Below are positions 23,420-32,339 of a DNA stretch of 64,000 nucleotides, one piece after another. Origin of the DNA: an uncultured archaeon (lineage in GTDB: Archaea; Altiarchaeota; Altiarchaeia; IMC4; QMZM01). Both the position numbers and the translations under genes were made by a program. Every line of letters begins with the position of its first letter. Within the stretch, counting starts at the first letter, position 1. The notes below the pieces were generated by a model. It was not told the DNA's origin, ran no database searches, and saw only the letters and a list, made by a program, of their open reading frames with translations. The stretch is from the NCBI GenBank assembly GCA_964549685.1, contig CAZJVE010000003.1, forward strand, positions 17,706-81,705, in the 5' to 3' direction.

Positions 23420-25040
23420 TTGTCTTCACCTCCACCGGATTTGGGAGGTACTCCATGCCGACCCCATAGTTCCCAACGTTCACTGTATAGTATAGGAATC
23501 TCTTCCTGATGTCCTCTTCTATGTCGACCTTTACCTTTGGACAGACATAGTAGGTCTTTCCTATCGCTGAATCTACGACCTTTCCGCCCTTCACCACAAT
23601 CTTCCCGTCCTTTATCGTACACGATGCTGAGGAGAATGCCTTCTCTATCTTCTTGCCATCCCTCTCCCCCGGACCGATATCATATATTGCAATGTTTGCG
23701 GGGTTCCCCTCCTTCAGGGAGAGGTCAAGGCCCAGCCTCTTCGCGGGACCAGCTCTGGTCATTATTGCTATTTCCTCAAGAGTTAATTCCCTGTCCAGCG
23801 AACCGAGTCCAGTCCTGCTTGATGCCCACTTGTGGCTTCTTTCCATAGTTCCGTCCCTATACTTTTTACTCATCAGCCAGGCTATAATCTTTGGGTAATG
23901 GGTAAAGACCCCTGCATTTGGATTGTCCGTTGTTATGAAAGCCTGCCAGGGGTTCTTGATTCCTAGAGCGAGCTCGAGCCCGATGGTCCACTGTACCGAG
24001 TTAACGCCGGATTTCCTGCTGTAGTAGTAAGGGACAACGCCGCCGCTGGTTTCATTCTCTACGTCTCCATTGCTCCACTTCTGCCTGTTTATCAGGGAGA
24101 GACCGAATTCAAACGGGGCGTCAGCCGTCATGGTCGTTACATCCCCGTAGACGACCTGACCCAGGTCAATGCTGATGTCCTTATTCCTGTTTACCGCCAT
24201 TGCGAGTTTCTCCGCCCCTGAGCTGAACGTCTTCCATGAGTCCCCGCCATAGGAGCTGAACTGCAGATGCGTAATGTGCAGGGGGGAGAATTTCATCGTC
24301 TTTATCGCTGTTTCAAAGTTCCCAGGATGCCCGAGGTTGTTCGTATGCAGATGCACCGGGTGGGGGAGCTTCAGTTCCCTGTTGATTCTGATTAGCTCCT
24401 TGATAATCTCGGCAGGAGTTACCTCAAAGTATGGTACAGGGTCATCAAGGGATTTGACGTTCTTGCCCCAGCCCCATGCGAAGGTTCCACCGGGGTTCGC
24501 CGCCTTTATACCATAGGTCTTTGTCCTTGAGAGCATCCATGCTATGAGCGATGTTGCCTTTTCCTTCTCTCCCTTGGAGATGTACTCTATGAGCTGGTGG
24601 TTATTGCCAAGGAGGAGGAGACCCAGCTTGTCTATTATTGGGGTATCGATGAATTCCTCATGGGTGTGGATGGCCGTTAATGGAGGAACCGCTGGCTCAT
24701 TCACAGTAGTATAGCCCATCTCCGCATACTTATAGCCGGTTGCCCATGTGCTTGGAACGATAAAACCAGACCCGGCCCTGAATTTGCCCCTTGCCGGAAT
24801 TTCGTTTCCCAGATGGTCCTCAGGCCGGAATAAGCGCCCCATGTTTACCTTGGCCCCTGCGAAATGGGAGTGTATGTCCACACCCCCTGGGAAGACGGCC
24901 TTGCCTGATGCGTCTATTGTCTTTGCATTCTTCTGAGCCTTAGCTGCTATCTTCCCCCCGCTAATGAAGATGTCCTTCTCTTCCCCATTGAGTCCGTTGA
25001 GGGGGTCGAAGACCCGGCCGTTCCTGATTACGAGGTCCAT
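23412..25040 (-). CDS. fwdA: Formylmethanofuran dehydrogenase subunit A (amidohydrolase fold)
   Basis: 'MDLVIRNGRVFDP', 'FPGGVDIHSHF', 'PVHLHTNNLG' metal-binding motifs. 542 aa. Overlaps fwdC by 8 nt. Confidence 0.9.
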   Translation of the reverse strand: MDLVIRNGRVFDPLNGLNGEEKDIFISGGKIAAKAQKNAKTIDASGKAVFPGGVDIHSHFAGAKVNMGRLFRPEDHLGNEIPARGKFRAGSGFIVPSTWATGYKYAEMGYTTVNEPAVPPLTAIHTHEEFIDTPIIDKLGLLLLGNNHQLIEYISKGEKEKATSLIAWMLSRTKTYGIKAANPGGTFAWGWGKNVKSLDDPVPYFEVTPAEIIKELIRINRELKLPHPVHLHTNNLGHPGNFETAIKTMKFSPLHITHLQFSSYGGDSWKTFSSGAEKLAMAVNRNKDISIDLGQVVYGDVTTMTADAPFEFGLSLINRQKWSNGDVENETSGGVVPYYYSRKSGVNSVQWTIGLELALGIKNPWQAFITTDNPNAGVFTHYPKIIAWLMSKKYRDGTMERSHKWASSRTGLGSLDRELTLEEIAIMTRAGPAKRLGLDLSLKEGNPANIAIYDIGPGERDGKKIEKAFSSASCTIKDGKIVVKGGKVVDSAIGKTYYVCPKVKVDIEEDIRKRFLYYTVNVGNYGVGMEYLPNPVEVKTNG

Positions 25041-25139
25041 GTTTTTGGCATGATTTTTCCATATAGATAGCAGAACCCAGGTTAAAATATAGGGTTAGAT
25101 GCTTTATTTGAATAAGCATATCCGGAAAAAAACAAGGAC

Positions 25140-25553
25140 TTACTTGTGCTTCTCTATCTCGCCCTTCTGCCATTCAACTGCAGCTTCGCCCTTCATGAGA
25201 TTGTTCACATCATCAGGGCTGCTCATCTCAATCTTGAATACCCAGCCCTCTCCGTAGGGGTCCTTGTTGATGGTGGTGGGGTCATCATACAGCTTCTCAT
25301 TCGTCGCGGAAACCTTTCCTGAGACCGGGGCAAACATCTTTCCAACCCACTTGCCTGTTTCTATCGTTCCGACCTCGCCGTCCTGGGAAACCTCATCTCC
25401 ATCAAAGGGCATCTCGACATAGCTAACGTCTCCCGCCATCTTCTGCGCAAAGTCCGTAAAGCCAATAGTAGCAACGTTTCCTTCAATCTTCGCCCACATG
25501 TATTCCTTGTGATAATAAAGGTCATCGGGCATATTGTATCCTTCAACGTCCAT
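25140..25553 (-). CDS. gcvH: GcvH-like lipoyl-carrier protein
   Basis: 'YHKEYMWAKIEGNVATIGFTDFAQ', 'GTIETGKWVGKMFAPVSGKV' (Lys aligned with the lipoyl-Lys of E-S-V-K-A), 'DPYGEGWVFKI'. Confidence 0.85.
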   Translation of the reverse strand: MDVEGYNMPDDLYYHKEYMWAKIEGNVATIGFTDFAQKMAGDVSYVEMPFDGDEVSQDGEVGTIETGKWVGKMFAPVSGKVSATNEKLYDDPTTINKDPYGEGWVFKIEMSSPDDVNNLMKGEAAVEWQKGEIEKHK

Positions 25554-25612
25554 TTTATCTCATCAGATCGTAATTATTATTAAGAACTGAGAATAAATAA
25601 AACTGAATCCAA

Positions 25613-25810
25613 ATGGCAGACATACCTCTAGCATCGGTAGAACGCCTGATGAGAAAGGCAGGAGCTGATAGGGTTAGCGTTGACGGGGCAAAGGAGCTGA
25701 GAGACACTCTGGAAGAGATTGGTAAGGGGATTAGCGAGAGAGCAGCAAAGTTCGCAAAGCACGCCGGCAGAAAGACGGTCAAGGCAGAGGACGTGAAGCT
25801 TGCAAAATAG
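25613..25810 (+). CDS. Archaeal histone (HMf family)
   Basis: 65 aa. 'IPLASVERLMRKAGADRVS', 'AAKFAKHAGRKTVKAEDVKLA' is a classical histone fold. Confidence 0.92.
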   Translation: MADIPLASVERLMRKAGADRVSVDGAKELRDTLEEIGKGISERAAKFAKHAGRKTVKAEDVKLAK

Positions 25811-25842
25811 ATTTAAAGTCCCGAATTCTAATCTCTAACAGG

Positions 25843-26307
25843 ATGCAATCAAATTCCGGAAAGGCCCAGTCATCTGTCGAATATTCAATAATCTACAGCC
25901 TTGGTGTTGTGGTGATAATTCTTGCCATTATTATCGTGTGGCGGATGGATGCCTTCACTCCGGAGGCCCCGCTGAAGGGAAATGCCGGCTTCTCCCAGCT
26001 CGAGATTACGGATCAGGCAGCCTACGTGGACTCGAGCAGGCTTGTTCTTGCTGTGAGAAATGATGCAGGCAATGATATTAAGGTTACAAGGACTGATGCC
26101 AACATCGAGAGTATATACTGCTACAACTCTTCCCCGATTACAATGACTCCGGGAATGAAAACGCTTGCAGACCTGAGGTGCTCAGATTTTCCAGACGACT
26201 ATGTTGGGGGATCTTACTACAGGGCCAATGTAACCATAAATTACACAAACCTTGAAACGGGGAATATCCACTACAGCAAGGGCATGGTGTGGGGTGGGGT
26301 TGAATAG
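25843..26307 (+). CDS. Class III signal peptide (archaeal type IV pilin-like) protein
   Basis: N-terminus 'GKAQSSVEYSIIYSLGVVVIILAIIIV' matches the K/R-G/A-Q-S-S-hE-Y prepilin-like processing motif followed by a hydrophobic helix. Confidence 0.7.
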   Translation: MQSNSGKAQSSVEYSIIYSLGVVVIILAIIIVWRMDAFTPEAPLKGNAGFSQLEITDQAAYVDSSRLVLAVRNDAGNDIKVTRTDANIESIYCYNSSPITMTPGMKTLADLRCSDFPDDYVGGSYYRANVTINYTNLETGNIHYSKGMVWGGVE

Positions 26308-26338
26308 ATTTAATAACATAAAACAAAAATAATACGAA

Positions 26339-27367
26339 ATGGTAAAAGTAACGGTTGTTGGGGCATCCGGCTATCTTGGGGGTGAACTCCTCCGGGTTCT
26401 TGTGAATCATCCAAAGGTCAATGAGATAGAGGCTGTCTCAAGGACACATGCGGGGAAGGCAGTCTCTACAATACACAGTAATCTGGCGGACGTCTTTGAC
26501 GAAAAATTTATGGATTTTAAGGCCGAGAAGATTGGCTCAGACGTTGTGTTCTTTGCCTCTCCCCCGGGGGAGTGGCTGAAGAAGGTCTCCATGCTTCTGG
26601 ACAAGGGCATGAAGGTAATTACGCTGGGGGGGAAGTTCAGGATTCAGGATGCCGAGTTGGACGAGAGAATCTACCCCGACTATAAGAACAAAAGGCTCCT
26701 GGAGGAAAGGGTCTACGGTTTGCCTGAGGTATACAGAAAGGAGATAAAGAATGCAAGATTTGTTACAAACCCCGGCTGCTATCCAACCTCCGTAATCCTC
26801 GCCATGATGCCCCTGGCGAAGCTTGATGGGGATGTTGAGCTGGACAAGGTTGTGATAAACTCAGTCTCCGGAAGCTCCGGGGCCGGGGCAGACACATCCA
26901 AATTTTTACACCACCCGGAGGTCTCCGGGAATCTCAGGCCATACAAGCTATTTGTGCATAGACACAAACCGGAGATGGACTTCATCCTTGGGGATGTGTT
27001 CAATGCAACGGTGAATGCCCTCTTCACCCCCTCGGTGGGGGACTTCGCGAGGGGAATTCTGAGCTATGTAACCGTCTTTTCGGCGGGAATCAATGAGAAT
27101 TTAACAAAGCATTACAGGGAATTCTACGCCAAGGAGCCGTTCGTCAGGATTATCGACCAGGACATTGAGAACGTTCCAAATCTCAAGGACGTTATTGGCA
27201 CGAATTTCTGCGACGTTGGGGTGAATTTCAACTCTGACAGGATTATCATTCTGAGCGCGATAGACAACCTGCTGAAAGGGGGTTCAGGCCAGGCAGTCCA
27301 GAACATGAACCTGATGCTCGGCTTTGATGAAAAGGCGGGGCTGAACCTGGTCGGGGGGCGTCCCTAA
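26339..27367 (+). CDS. argC: N-acetyl-gamma-glutamyl-phosphate reductase (ArgC/LysY)
   Basis: 'VVGASGYLGGELLRVL', active site 'NPGCYPTS', 'DNLLKGGSGQAVQNMNLM'. Confidence 0.9.
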   Translation: MVKVTVVGASGYLGGELLRVLVNHPKVNEIEAVSRTHAGKAVSTIHSNLADVFDEKFMDFKAEKIGSDVVFFASPPGEWLKKVSMLLDKGMKVITLGGKFRIQDAELDERIYPDYKNKRLLEERVYGLPEVYRKEIKNARFVTNPGCYPTSVILAMMPLAKLDGDVELDKVVINSVSGSSGAGADTSKFLHHPEVSGNLRPYKLFVHRHKPEMDFILGDVFNATVNALFTPSVGDFARGILSYVTVFSAGINENLTKHYREFYAKEPFVRIIDQDIENVPNLKDVIGTNFCDVGVNFNSDRIIILSAIDNLLKGGSGQAVQNMNLMLGFDEKAGLNLVGGRP

Positions 27368-27408
27368 AGCATATTTTAACCCTTAATCGAATAAATAAAA
27401 ACTTTAAG

Positions 27409-27831
27409 ATGGCAATAGCAAACTTCAGGCTTGAGAAGATAGCCGGTGAGAGAAATGATAAGGATGCGAAGAACGTAGAAGTAGTCTCGAACTTTAAGAT
27501 AAGGTCCATGAGTAAGGAGAAGAACAAACGGATGGGCGATTATCTCAGGGTGAATTTTGAGTTCGACATAAGCTACAAACCCTCTCTCGGCAAGATTGAG
27601 ATGGAGGGCGTCCTCTGGTATCAGGATTCTGACCTCAACAAGAACGTGAAGGACAAGGGGAAGAAGTTCGAGCTGGATTCCAAGGTAGTGAAGGAGATTT
27701 CCACCGCAATCATAAGGGAGTCGCTACTGGAGTCTCTTGACGTGTCGAAAAAGCTGAGGCTTCCAGCGCCGATAAGGCTGCCCAAGGTCAACGTGGAACC
27801 AAAGCAGGTGGAGTTTCTGAAGGCTTCGTGA
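27409..27831 (+). CDS. Hypothetical protein, 140 aa
   Basis: Clean ORF with its own AT-rich upstream region. Lys-rich. No family recognised by eye. Confidence 0.5.
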   Translation: MAIANFRLEKIAGERNDKDAKNVEVVSNFKIRSMSKEKNKRMGDYLRVNFEFDISYKPSLGKIEMEGVLWYQDSDLNKNVKDKGKKFELDSKVVKEISTAIIRESLLESLDVSKKLRLPAPIRLPKVNVEPKQVEFLKAS

Positions 27832-27926
27832 GTTTCCTGATGCACATCTAATTCTGGGGAATTCCTTTGTGTTAATGGACAATTCTTGCTAGTTAGTTAT
27901 TTATTCCAGAAATAGTATATTATCAT

Positions 27927-28064
27927 ATGGTGGAGGGCCTGTGCGACATCTGCGGCGGGGCAGCAGCGATTCAAAGCTGCAAGCTCTGCGGAAAGAGGAT
28001 ATGTTCTTCGTGCATGACCGAGAGAGGGGTCTGTAAGGTCTGTCTGTCAGGGATGAAATACTAA
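27927..28064 (+). CDS. Mini zinc-ribbon protein, 45 aa (below the ORF-track cutoff)
   Basis: Hand translation: MVEGLCDICGGAAAIQSCKLCGKRICSSCMTERGVCKVCLSGMKY. Four CxxC pairs. The stop is 1 nt before the GT4 start. Confidence 0.55.
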   Translation: MVEGLCDICGGAAAIQSCKLCGKRICSSCMTERGVCKVCLSGMKY

Positions 28065-28065
28065 A

Positions 28066-29055
28066 ATGAGAGTTTGTCTCTATCTTGAGCTTGAATCGAA
28101 GATGAGGGGGAGCGGAATCGGAGCCGCCATAAAGAACCAGAGGAGAGGGTTGGAGCTGAATGATGTCGAATATACGAGCGACCTGAATGAAGAATTCGAC
28201 ATCCTCCATACGAATTCTATCGGCCTGAACTCTCTCAGAGTGGCTAGAGGGATGAAGAAAAAGGGGAAGAAGGTCGTCATGCATGCCCATACAACGGCAG
28301 ATGATTTCAGGAACAGCTACAGGTTCAGCAATGTCATAGCGCCCTTTCTCAAAAAATATCTCAACTACTATTATAACCACGCCGACCTCGTTCTTTGCCC
28401 CTCAGAGTATACGAAGGGCGTGCTAGAGAAGGCGGGGGTTAAAGCCCCCATAATACCGATAAGCAACGGCATAGACATAGAGAGGTTTAAGTTCTCCAAG
28501 AAGAAGAGGAGGGAATTCAGAAAAGAGTTTGAACTGGAGGGAATTACTCCCCTCTCAGTTGGCCATGTATTCAGGAGGAAAGGTGTATCGACCTTCACCC
28601 GTCTCGCTGAAAGGCTTCCCAACAGATTCGTCTGGGTCGGCAGGAGATACAAGAGGATGGAGGACCCCTCAATTGCCAAGCTGATAAAGAACGCGCCCAG
28701 TAACTTCATACTCATACATTTCATCAAGGACATTGTCTCTGCCTATTCGGGCTCGGACATATTTCTGTTTCCCAGCCACTGCGAGAACCAGGGCATAGTT
28801 ATTCTGGAGGCGAGCTCCTGCAGGATGCCCATTATAGTAAGGGATTTGCCAGTCTATAAGGGCTGGTTGGAAGATGGAGTTAATTGTCTCAAGGCCAGGA
28901 ACGAAGGGGATTTCAAGAAAAAACTGAAAATATTGATAGAGGACGAGAAACTAAGAGATAAACTGGCCAAGAACGCCTACAAGATGTCGAGGGAGCACTC
29001 CCTCCAGAAGGTAGGTAAAAAACTCAAGGAGATATACTCTGGGCTTCTGGAATAG
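28066..29055 (+). CDS. Glycosyltransferase family 4 (GT-B, group 1)
   Basis: 'GSGIGAAI', 'HAHTTADDF', C-terminal 'FPSHCENQGIVILEASSCRMPII' (E-x7-E region). Confidence 0.85.
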   Translation: MRVCLYLELESKMRGSGIGAAIKNQRRGLELNDVEYTSDLNEEFDILHTNSIGLNSLRVARGMKKKGKKVVMHAHTTADDFRNSYRFSNVIAPFLKKYLNYYYNHADLVLCPSEYTKGVLEKAGVKAPIIPISNGIDIERFKFSKKKRREFRKEFELEGITPLSVGHVFRRKGVSTFTRLAERLPNRFVWVGRRYKRMEDPSIAKLIKNAPSNFILIHFIKDIVSAYSGSDIFLFPSHCENQGIVILEASSCRMPIIVRDLPVYKGWLEDGVNCLKARNEGDFKKKLKILIEDEKLRDKLAKNAYKMSREHSLQKVGKKLKEIYSGLLE

Positions 29056-31189
29056 TCAGCGGCTCTGGTACAGGGATAATCTCGGCCTCCAGGTTCTTTT
29101 TCTCGGTTATGTCCTCAACAATAGCCACCAGACCAGTAACCTTACCCTTCATATCCATTAGAGGAAACACCTTCAGCCTTGCAAAAATCCTCTTTCCCCA
29201 GTGGGATACGTACTCCTTCTCGAGGTCGAATTCCTTTCCCTCCATAAGGACCTTCTTGAATACCTTGTCCAGGCCAGCTTTCTTTATGGCAGCCAGTTTG
29301 AAGAGATTGAGGCTCTTTGTCTTCTCCTCAGAGGGACTTCCTAGGATTTGGATAATGGCAGGATTTGTATGTATTATATTCCCTTCTTTATCCCCTGTCA
29401 GAATCCCAAAAGGCGCGTTGTCTATAACGCTCCTTTTAAGCTCGTTGAGATATTTTATCCGGTTCTCGGCCCCTTTGCGCTCGGTTATGTCTTCAACCAT
29501 CCCAAGGACTGTTTTTTCACCGTTGATAGTGACTACTTTAGTCCGGACTTCAATGGACTTCGTAGTACCATCTTTCCTGCTTATCTCAAACTCATCAGGA
29601 CCCGTTGGCTTCCCCATTCTATTTAGGGTAAGTAGCTTTGTTGCCTTGAGGACGTCTTTTGAACTGAGAAGCTTAAGTTCCAGAAAGTTCTTGCCAACCA
29701 ATTCGTTGGATTCATAACCCACTATTTCTTCAGCTTTTTTATTGCCATAAAGGAAGGCTCCATTCATGTCGTTATAATAGATTCCAATAGGTGCATTCTC
29801 CGTAAGGATCCTGAACCTGTCCTCTGAATTCTTAAGTGCATCCTCCGCCTTCTTGCGCTCGGTGATGTCTCTGAATATCCCCTGAATCACTGGTTTTCCC
29901 CTGATTAAAGTAACGGATGCCGATATGTGAACCGGTTTTATCTTTCCTGACTTGGTTATTATCTCGGCCTCGTCGTCAACGGCCCCTTTTCGTTCTATAT
30001 GCTCTTTGAACTGGTTGCTGTAATATTCCGATTTTTCCGGGGAATGGAGCTTTGTTTGATGTAGTCCAATAATCTCGTGCCTTTCTCTCTCCAAAAGGGT
30101 TTCTGCCGCCCTATTACAGTTGGTAATCAGGCCGGTCTTGGGGTCTGCCCAGAAGATTGCGTCCTTTGCATTCTCGAATGTTAGCCTGAATTCCTCCTCG
30201 CTCTCCCGCACTGCCTCCCTCGCCTCCTTGCGCTCGGTGATGTCCCGTGTAGTAGCAATAAAGGCATTTGGTTTCCCATTGGCATCTTTAATCAGTGCGG
30301 CGTTCAATTCACCGGTAAAGGTGGTTCCATCTTTCCTCAGTAAGGTATATTCCAACCCCCTTGAAACCCCTTCCGTGAGGGTTTTCTGGAGATTTGCAGC
30401 CGCATTTTCGTGGTCTTCTGGAGATATAAATTCAAAGGCGTTTTTTCCGATTAACTCCTTGGTCTTTTTGAAACCATGTATTTCAAGTGTTCGCTGGGAT
30501 ACGTAAGTAATATTCCCCTCCAAATCGGTTACAGTCACTGCCTCAGGGGAGGTTTTTACCAGCGTCTTATACATTTCCTCTGACCCCCGCATCGCCTCCT
30601 CCGCCCGTTTCATCTCGGTTATGTCCCTAACCATCTCAATGACGGACACGCTTCCGTCGGGGTTCTTCATTGGCGAAGCAATCAGGTCATATGACTTGTC
30701 ATCTTTGTCTGTTGCCTGGTATCTCATCGGGGCCAGGTTTCCTTTATGCAGAATTTCTGTGACCGGGCATTTTACGCATGGTTCGTCCCGCCCTATAAAG
30801 GCCTTGTAGCACTTCTCTCCAACCCTGTTGCCAAATTTTTTGATAAGGGACTCGTTCATGAACTCAATCTCATAGTTTTCGTTCTCTACCACTATGCCAT
30901 CGGGCATTGTAGACAGGATATGCCCAAGGGTTGTTTTCAGGCCAGTGTCAACAATATCCTTTGATCCATTTGAAACGCCATGTAGTGGGGACTTCTCTAT
31001 GAACCATATCTTCCCCATGCCTGCTCTCTTGAAGCCTATCTTACCCTCGGCATTCAGTATATTAAGATACTTGGCGAGGGTGTGCCGGTTGATTCCCAGC
31101 GCTTTTGAGATTTCGGTGGATGAGGCCCCGTGCAGGCCGTGCTCCTTTATGCAGCCGATAATCCTCTCCTCGATATCTGAAGATTTCAT
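29024..31189 (-). CDS. One-component regulator: N-terminal winged-helix HTH plus five PAS domains, no kinase domain
   Basis: 'STEISKALGINRHTLAKYLNILNAEGKI' (HTH). Five PAS-like units are separated by recurring linkers: 'DITEMKRAEEA', 'DITERKEAREA', 'DITERKKAEDA', 'DITERKGAENR', 'DITEKKNLEAE'. No H-box or ATPase motifs. Confidence 0.8.
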   Translation of the reverse strand: MKSSDIEERIIGCIKEHGLHGASSTEISKALGINRHTLAKYLNILNAEGKIGFKRAGMGKIWFIEKSPLHGVSNGSKDIVDTGLKTTLGHILSTMPDGIVVENENYEIEFMNESLIKKFGNRVGEKCYKAFIGRDEPCVKCPVTEILHKGNLAPMRYQATDKDDKSYDLIASPMKNPDGSVSVIEMVRDITEMKRAEEAMRGSEEMYKTLVKTSPEAVTVTDLEGNITYVSQRTLEIHGFKKTKELIGKNAFEFISPEDHENAAANLQKTLTEGVSRGLEYTLLRKDGTTFTGELNAALIKDANGKPNAFIATTRDITERKEAREAVRESEEEFRLTFENAKDAIFWADPKTGLITNCNRAAETLLERERHEIIGLHQTKLHSPEKSEYYSNQFKEHIERKGAVDDEAEIITKSGKIKPVHISASVTLIRGKPVIQGIFRDITERKKAEDALKNSEDRFRILTENAPIGIYYNDMNGAFLYGNKKAEEIVGYESNELVGKNFLELKLLSSKDVLKATKLLTLNRMGKPTGPDEFEISRKDGTTKSIEVRTKVVTINGEKTVLGMVEDITERKGAENRIKYLNELKRSVIDNAPFGILTGDKEGNIIHTNPAIIQILGSPSEEKTKSLNLFKLAAIKKAGLDKVFKKVLMEGKEFDLEKEYVSHWGKRIFARLKVFPLMDMKGKVTGLVAIVEDITEKKNLEAEIIPVPEPLTIPEAQSISP

Positions 31190-31230
31190 CTTCCCTTGGT
31201 TAGATTAATATTCCAATGAACATTAAAATC

Positions 31231-31536
31231 CTATCTATGTGATGCCCTGCGGTTCTTGAACCACAGTTTTGTGCCTCCCGAGGTCTCAATCCTTCTCGAT
31301 GCTATGGCGTTCCTTATCCTGGGTTTCAGCTCATCGAGAACGCCATTATTGCTATCCTCGAGAGCAGTAAGAATAATGGATATCAACTCCTGAAATTCAT
31401 CATCGTCACTATATCTTTTTGAATAACCAGTGCATACCTCTTCCAGGCGCTCCGTCCTGTTCCTCTCCAAAAGGCTTAGCACGTCCATGAAGATATAGTG
31501 GCTTGCTAAGACCATTATAATGACCACCCACCCCAT
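31231..31536 (-). CDS. Small hypothetical protein (about 101 aa from ATG 31536), C-terminus '...TKLWFKNRRASHR'
   Basis: The track ORF runs to 31608, but that start is only 9 nt from the divergent gene. A TATA box (TTTATATATG) and a 9-bp palindrome lie inside the extension, so ATG 31536 (MGWVVIIM) is preferred. Start uncertain. Confidence 0.45.
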   Translation of the reverse strand: MGWVVIIMVLASHYIFMDVLSLLERNRTERLEEVCTGYSKRYSDDDEFQELISIILTALEDSNNGVLDELKPRIRNAIASRRIETSGGTKLWFKNRRASHR

Positions 31537-31540
31537 TGTA

Positions 31541-31564
31541 TTGGTTACCAATACTGGTAACCAA
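31541..31564. promoter_or_regulatory. Perfect palindrome TTGGTTACC-N6-GGTAACCAA in the divergent promoter region
   Basis: 9-bp arms, 6-nt spacer. 4 nt upstream of ATG 31536 (minus strand) and about 55 nt upstream of ATG 31618 (plus strand). TATA-like ATATATAAAA at about 31588-31597. Confidence 0.6.
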
Positions 31565-31617
31565 CAGAGTATATATGGATATACATATATAAAAGGGGGA
31601 AATTCCATTATTTAATA

Positions 31618-32274
31618 ATGGCAAAATTCGACAGAAGGGAATTTCCATCCCTGTTGCTGGTTATATTGATGTTTGTATTTGGTTTTGCCCTGTCAGCTGA
31701 ATTCCCGTCCAGTGTCCCGACGCAGTGGAATGTGTGGGGCGAGATAATAGGCTACGGTTCAAGCAATCAGGCCCTCTTCGTTATACCGCTGATAAGCCTT
31801 ATCACTTACATAATCCTGAGTGTCATCCCGAAGATAGCAGTGATGAAGACGAACATGGAGCTCTTCCTGGACTACATCTTCAGGATAAAGGCGGCCATAA
31901 TTCTCTTCTTCTTCGGGCTGTACATGAGCAGCGTTCTGAATTCCCTTGGCTATGAATTCAACATGAGCTACTACATAATACCCTCGCTTGCCGTCCTCCT
32001 CTATTATATCGGCTGGATTCTGCAGTACTCGAAGAGGAACTTCTTCATAGGTATAAAGACCCCGTGGACGCTCTCGGATGACAGGGTATGGGAAAACACC
32101 CACAGGATTGGGAGTATCACACTCAGGATAAACGCCGCGCTTCTCCTCCTTGCATTGCTTTTCCCGAACGTGATTCTCATAATATTCACTGTTCCGGTAA
32201 TACTGAACTTTGTCTTCTTCTGGGTTTTCTCCTACTGGGAATATCGAAGGCTTGGCCTCAACAAGCATGCTTGA
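31618..32274 (+). CDS. SdpI/YhfL-family membrane protein (DUF1648 plus SdpI domains)
   Basis: 'FPSSVPTQWNVWGEIIGYGS' (DUF1648-like) and 'RNFFIGIKTPWTLSDDRVWENTHR' (SdpI-like). Multiple TM segments. Confidence 0.7.
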   Translation: MAKFDRREFPSLLLVILMFVFGFALSAEFPSSVPTQWNVWGEIIGYGSSNQALFVIPLISLITYIILSVIPKIAVMKTNMELFLDYIFRIKAAIILFFFGLYMSSVLNSLGYEFNMSYYIIPSLAVLLYYIGWILQYSKRNFFIGIKTPWTLSDDRVWENTHRIGSITLRINAALLLLALLFPNVILIIFTVPVILNFVFFWVFSYWEYRRLGLNKHA

Positions 32275-32339
32275 TTCGGTGAAAACCGAAGAAAACCGAA
32301 ATCGCTTTATATATTCCTGGAGCATAGATTATTGGTAGA

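Noticed and set aside
31759-32325. 188-aa minus-strand ORF
   Set aside because: Antisense to the SdpI-like membrane protein gene. No motifs.
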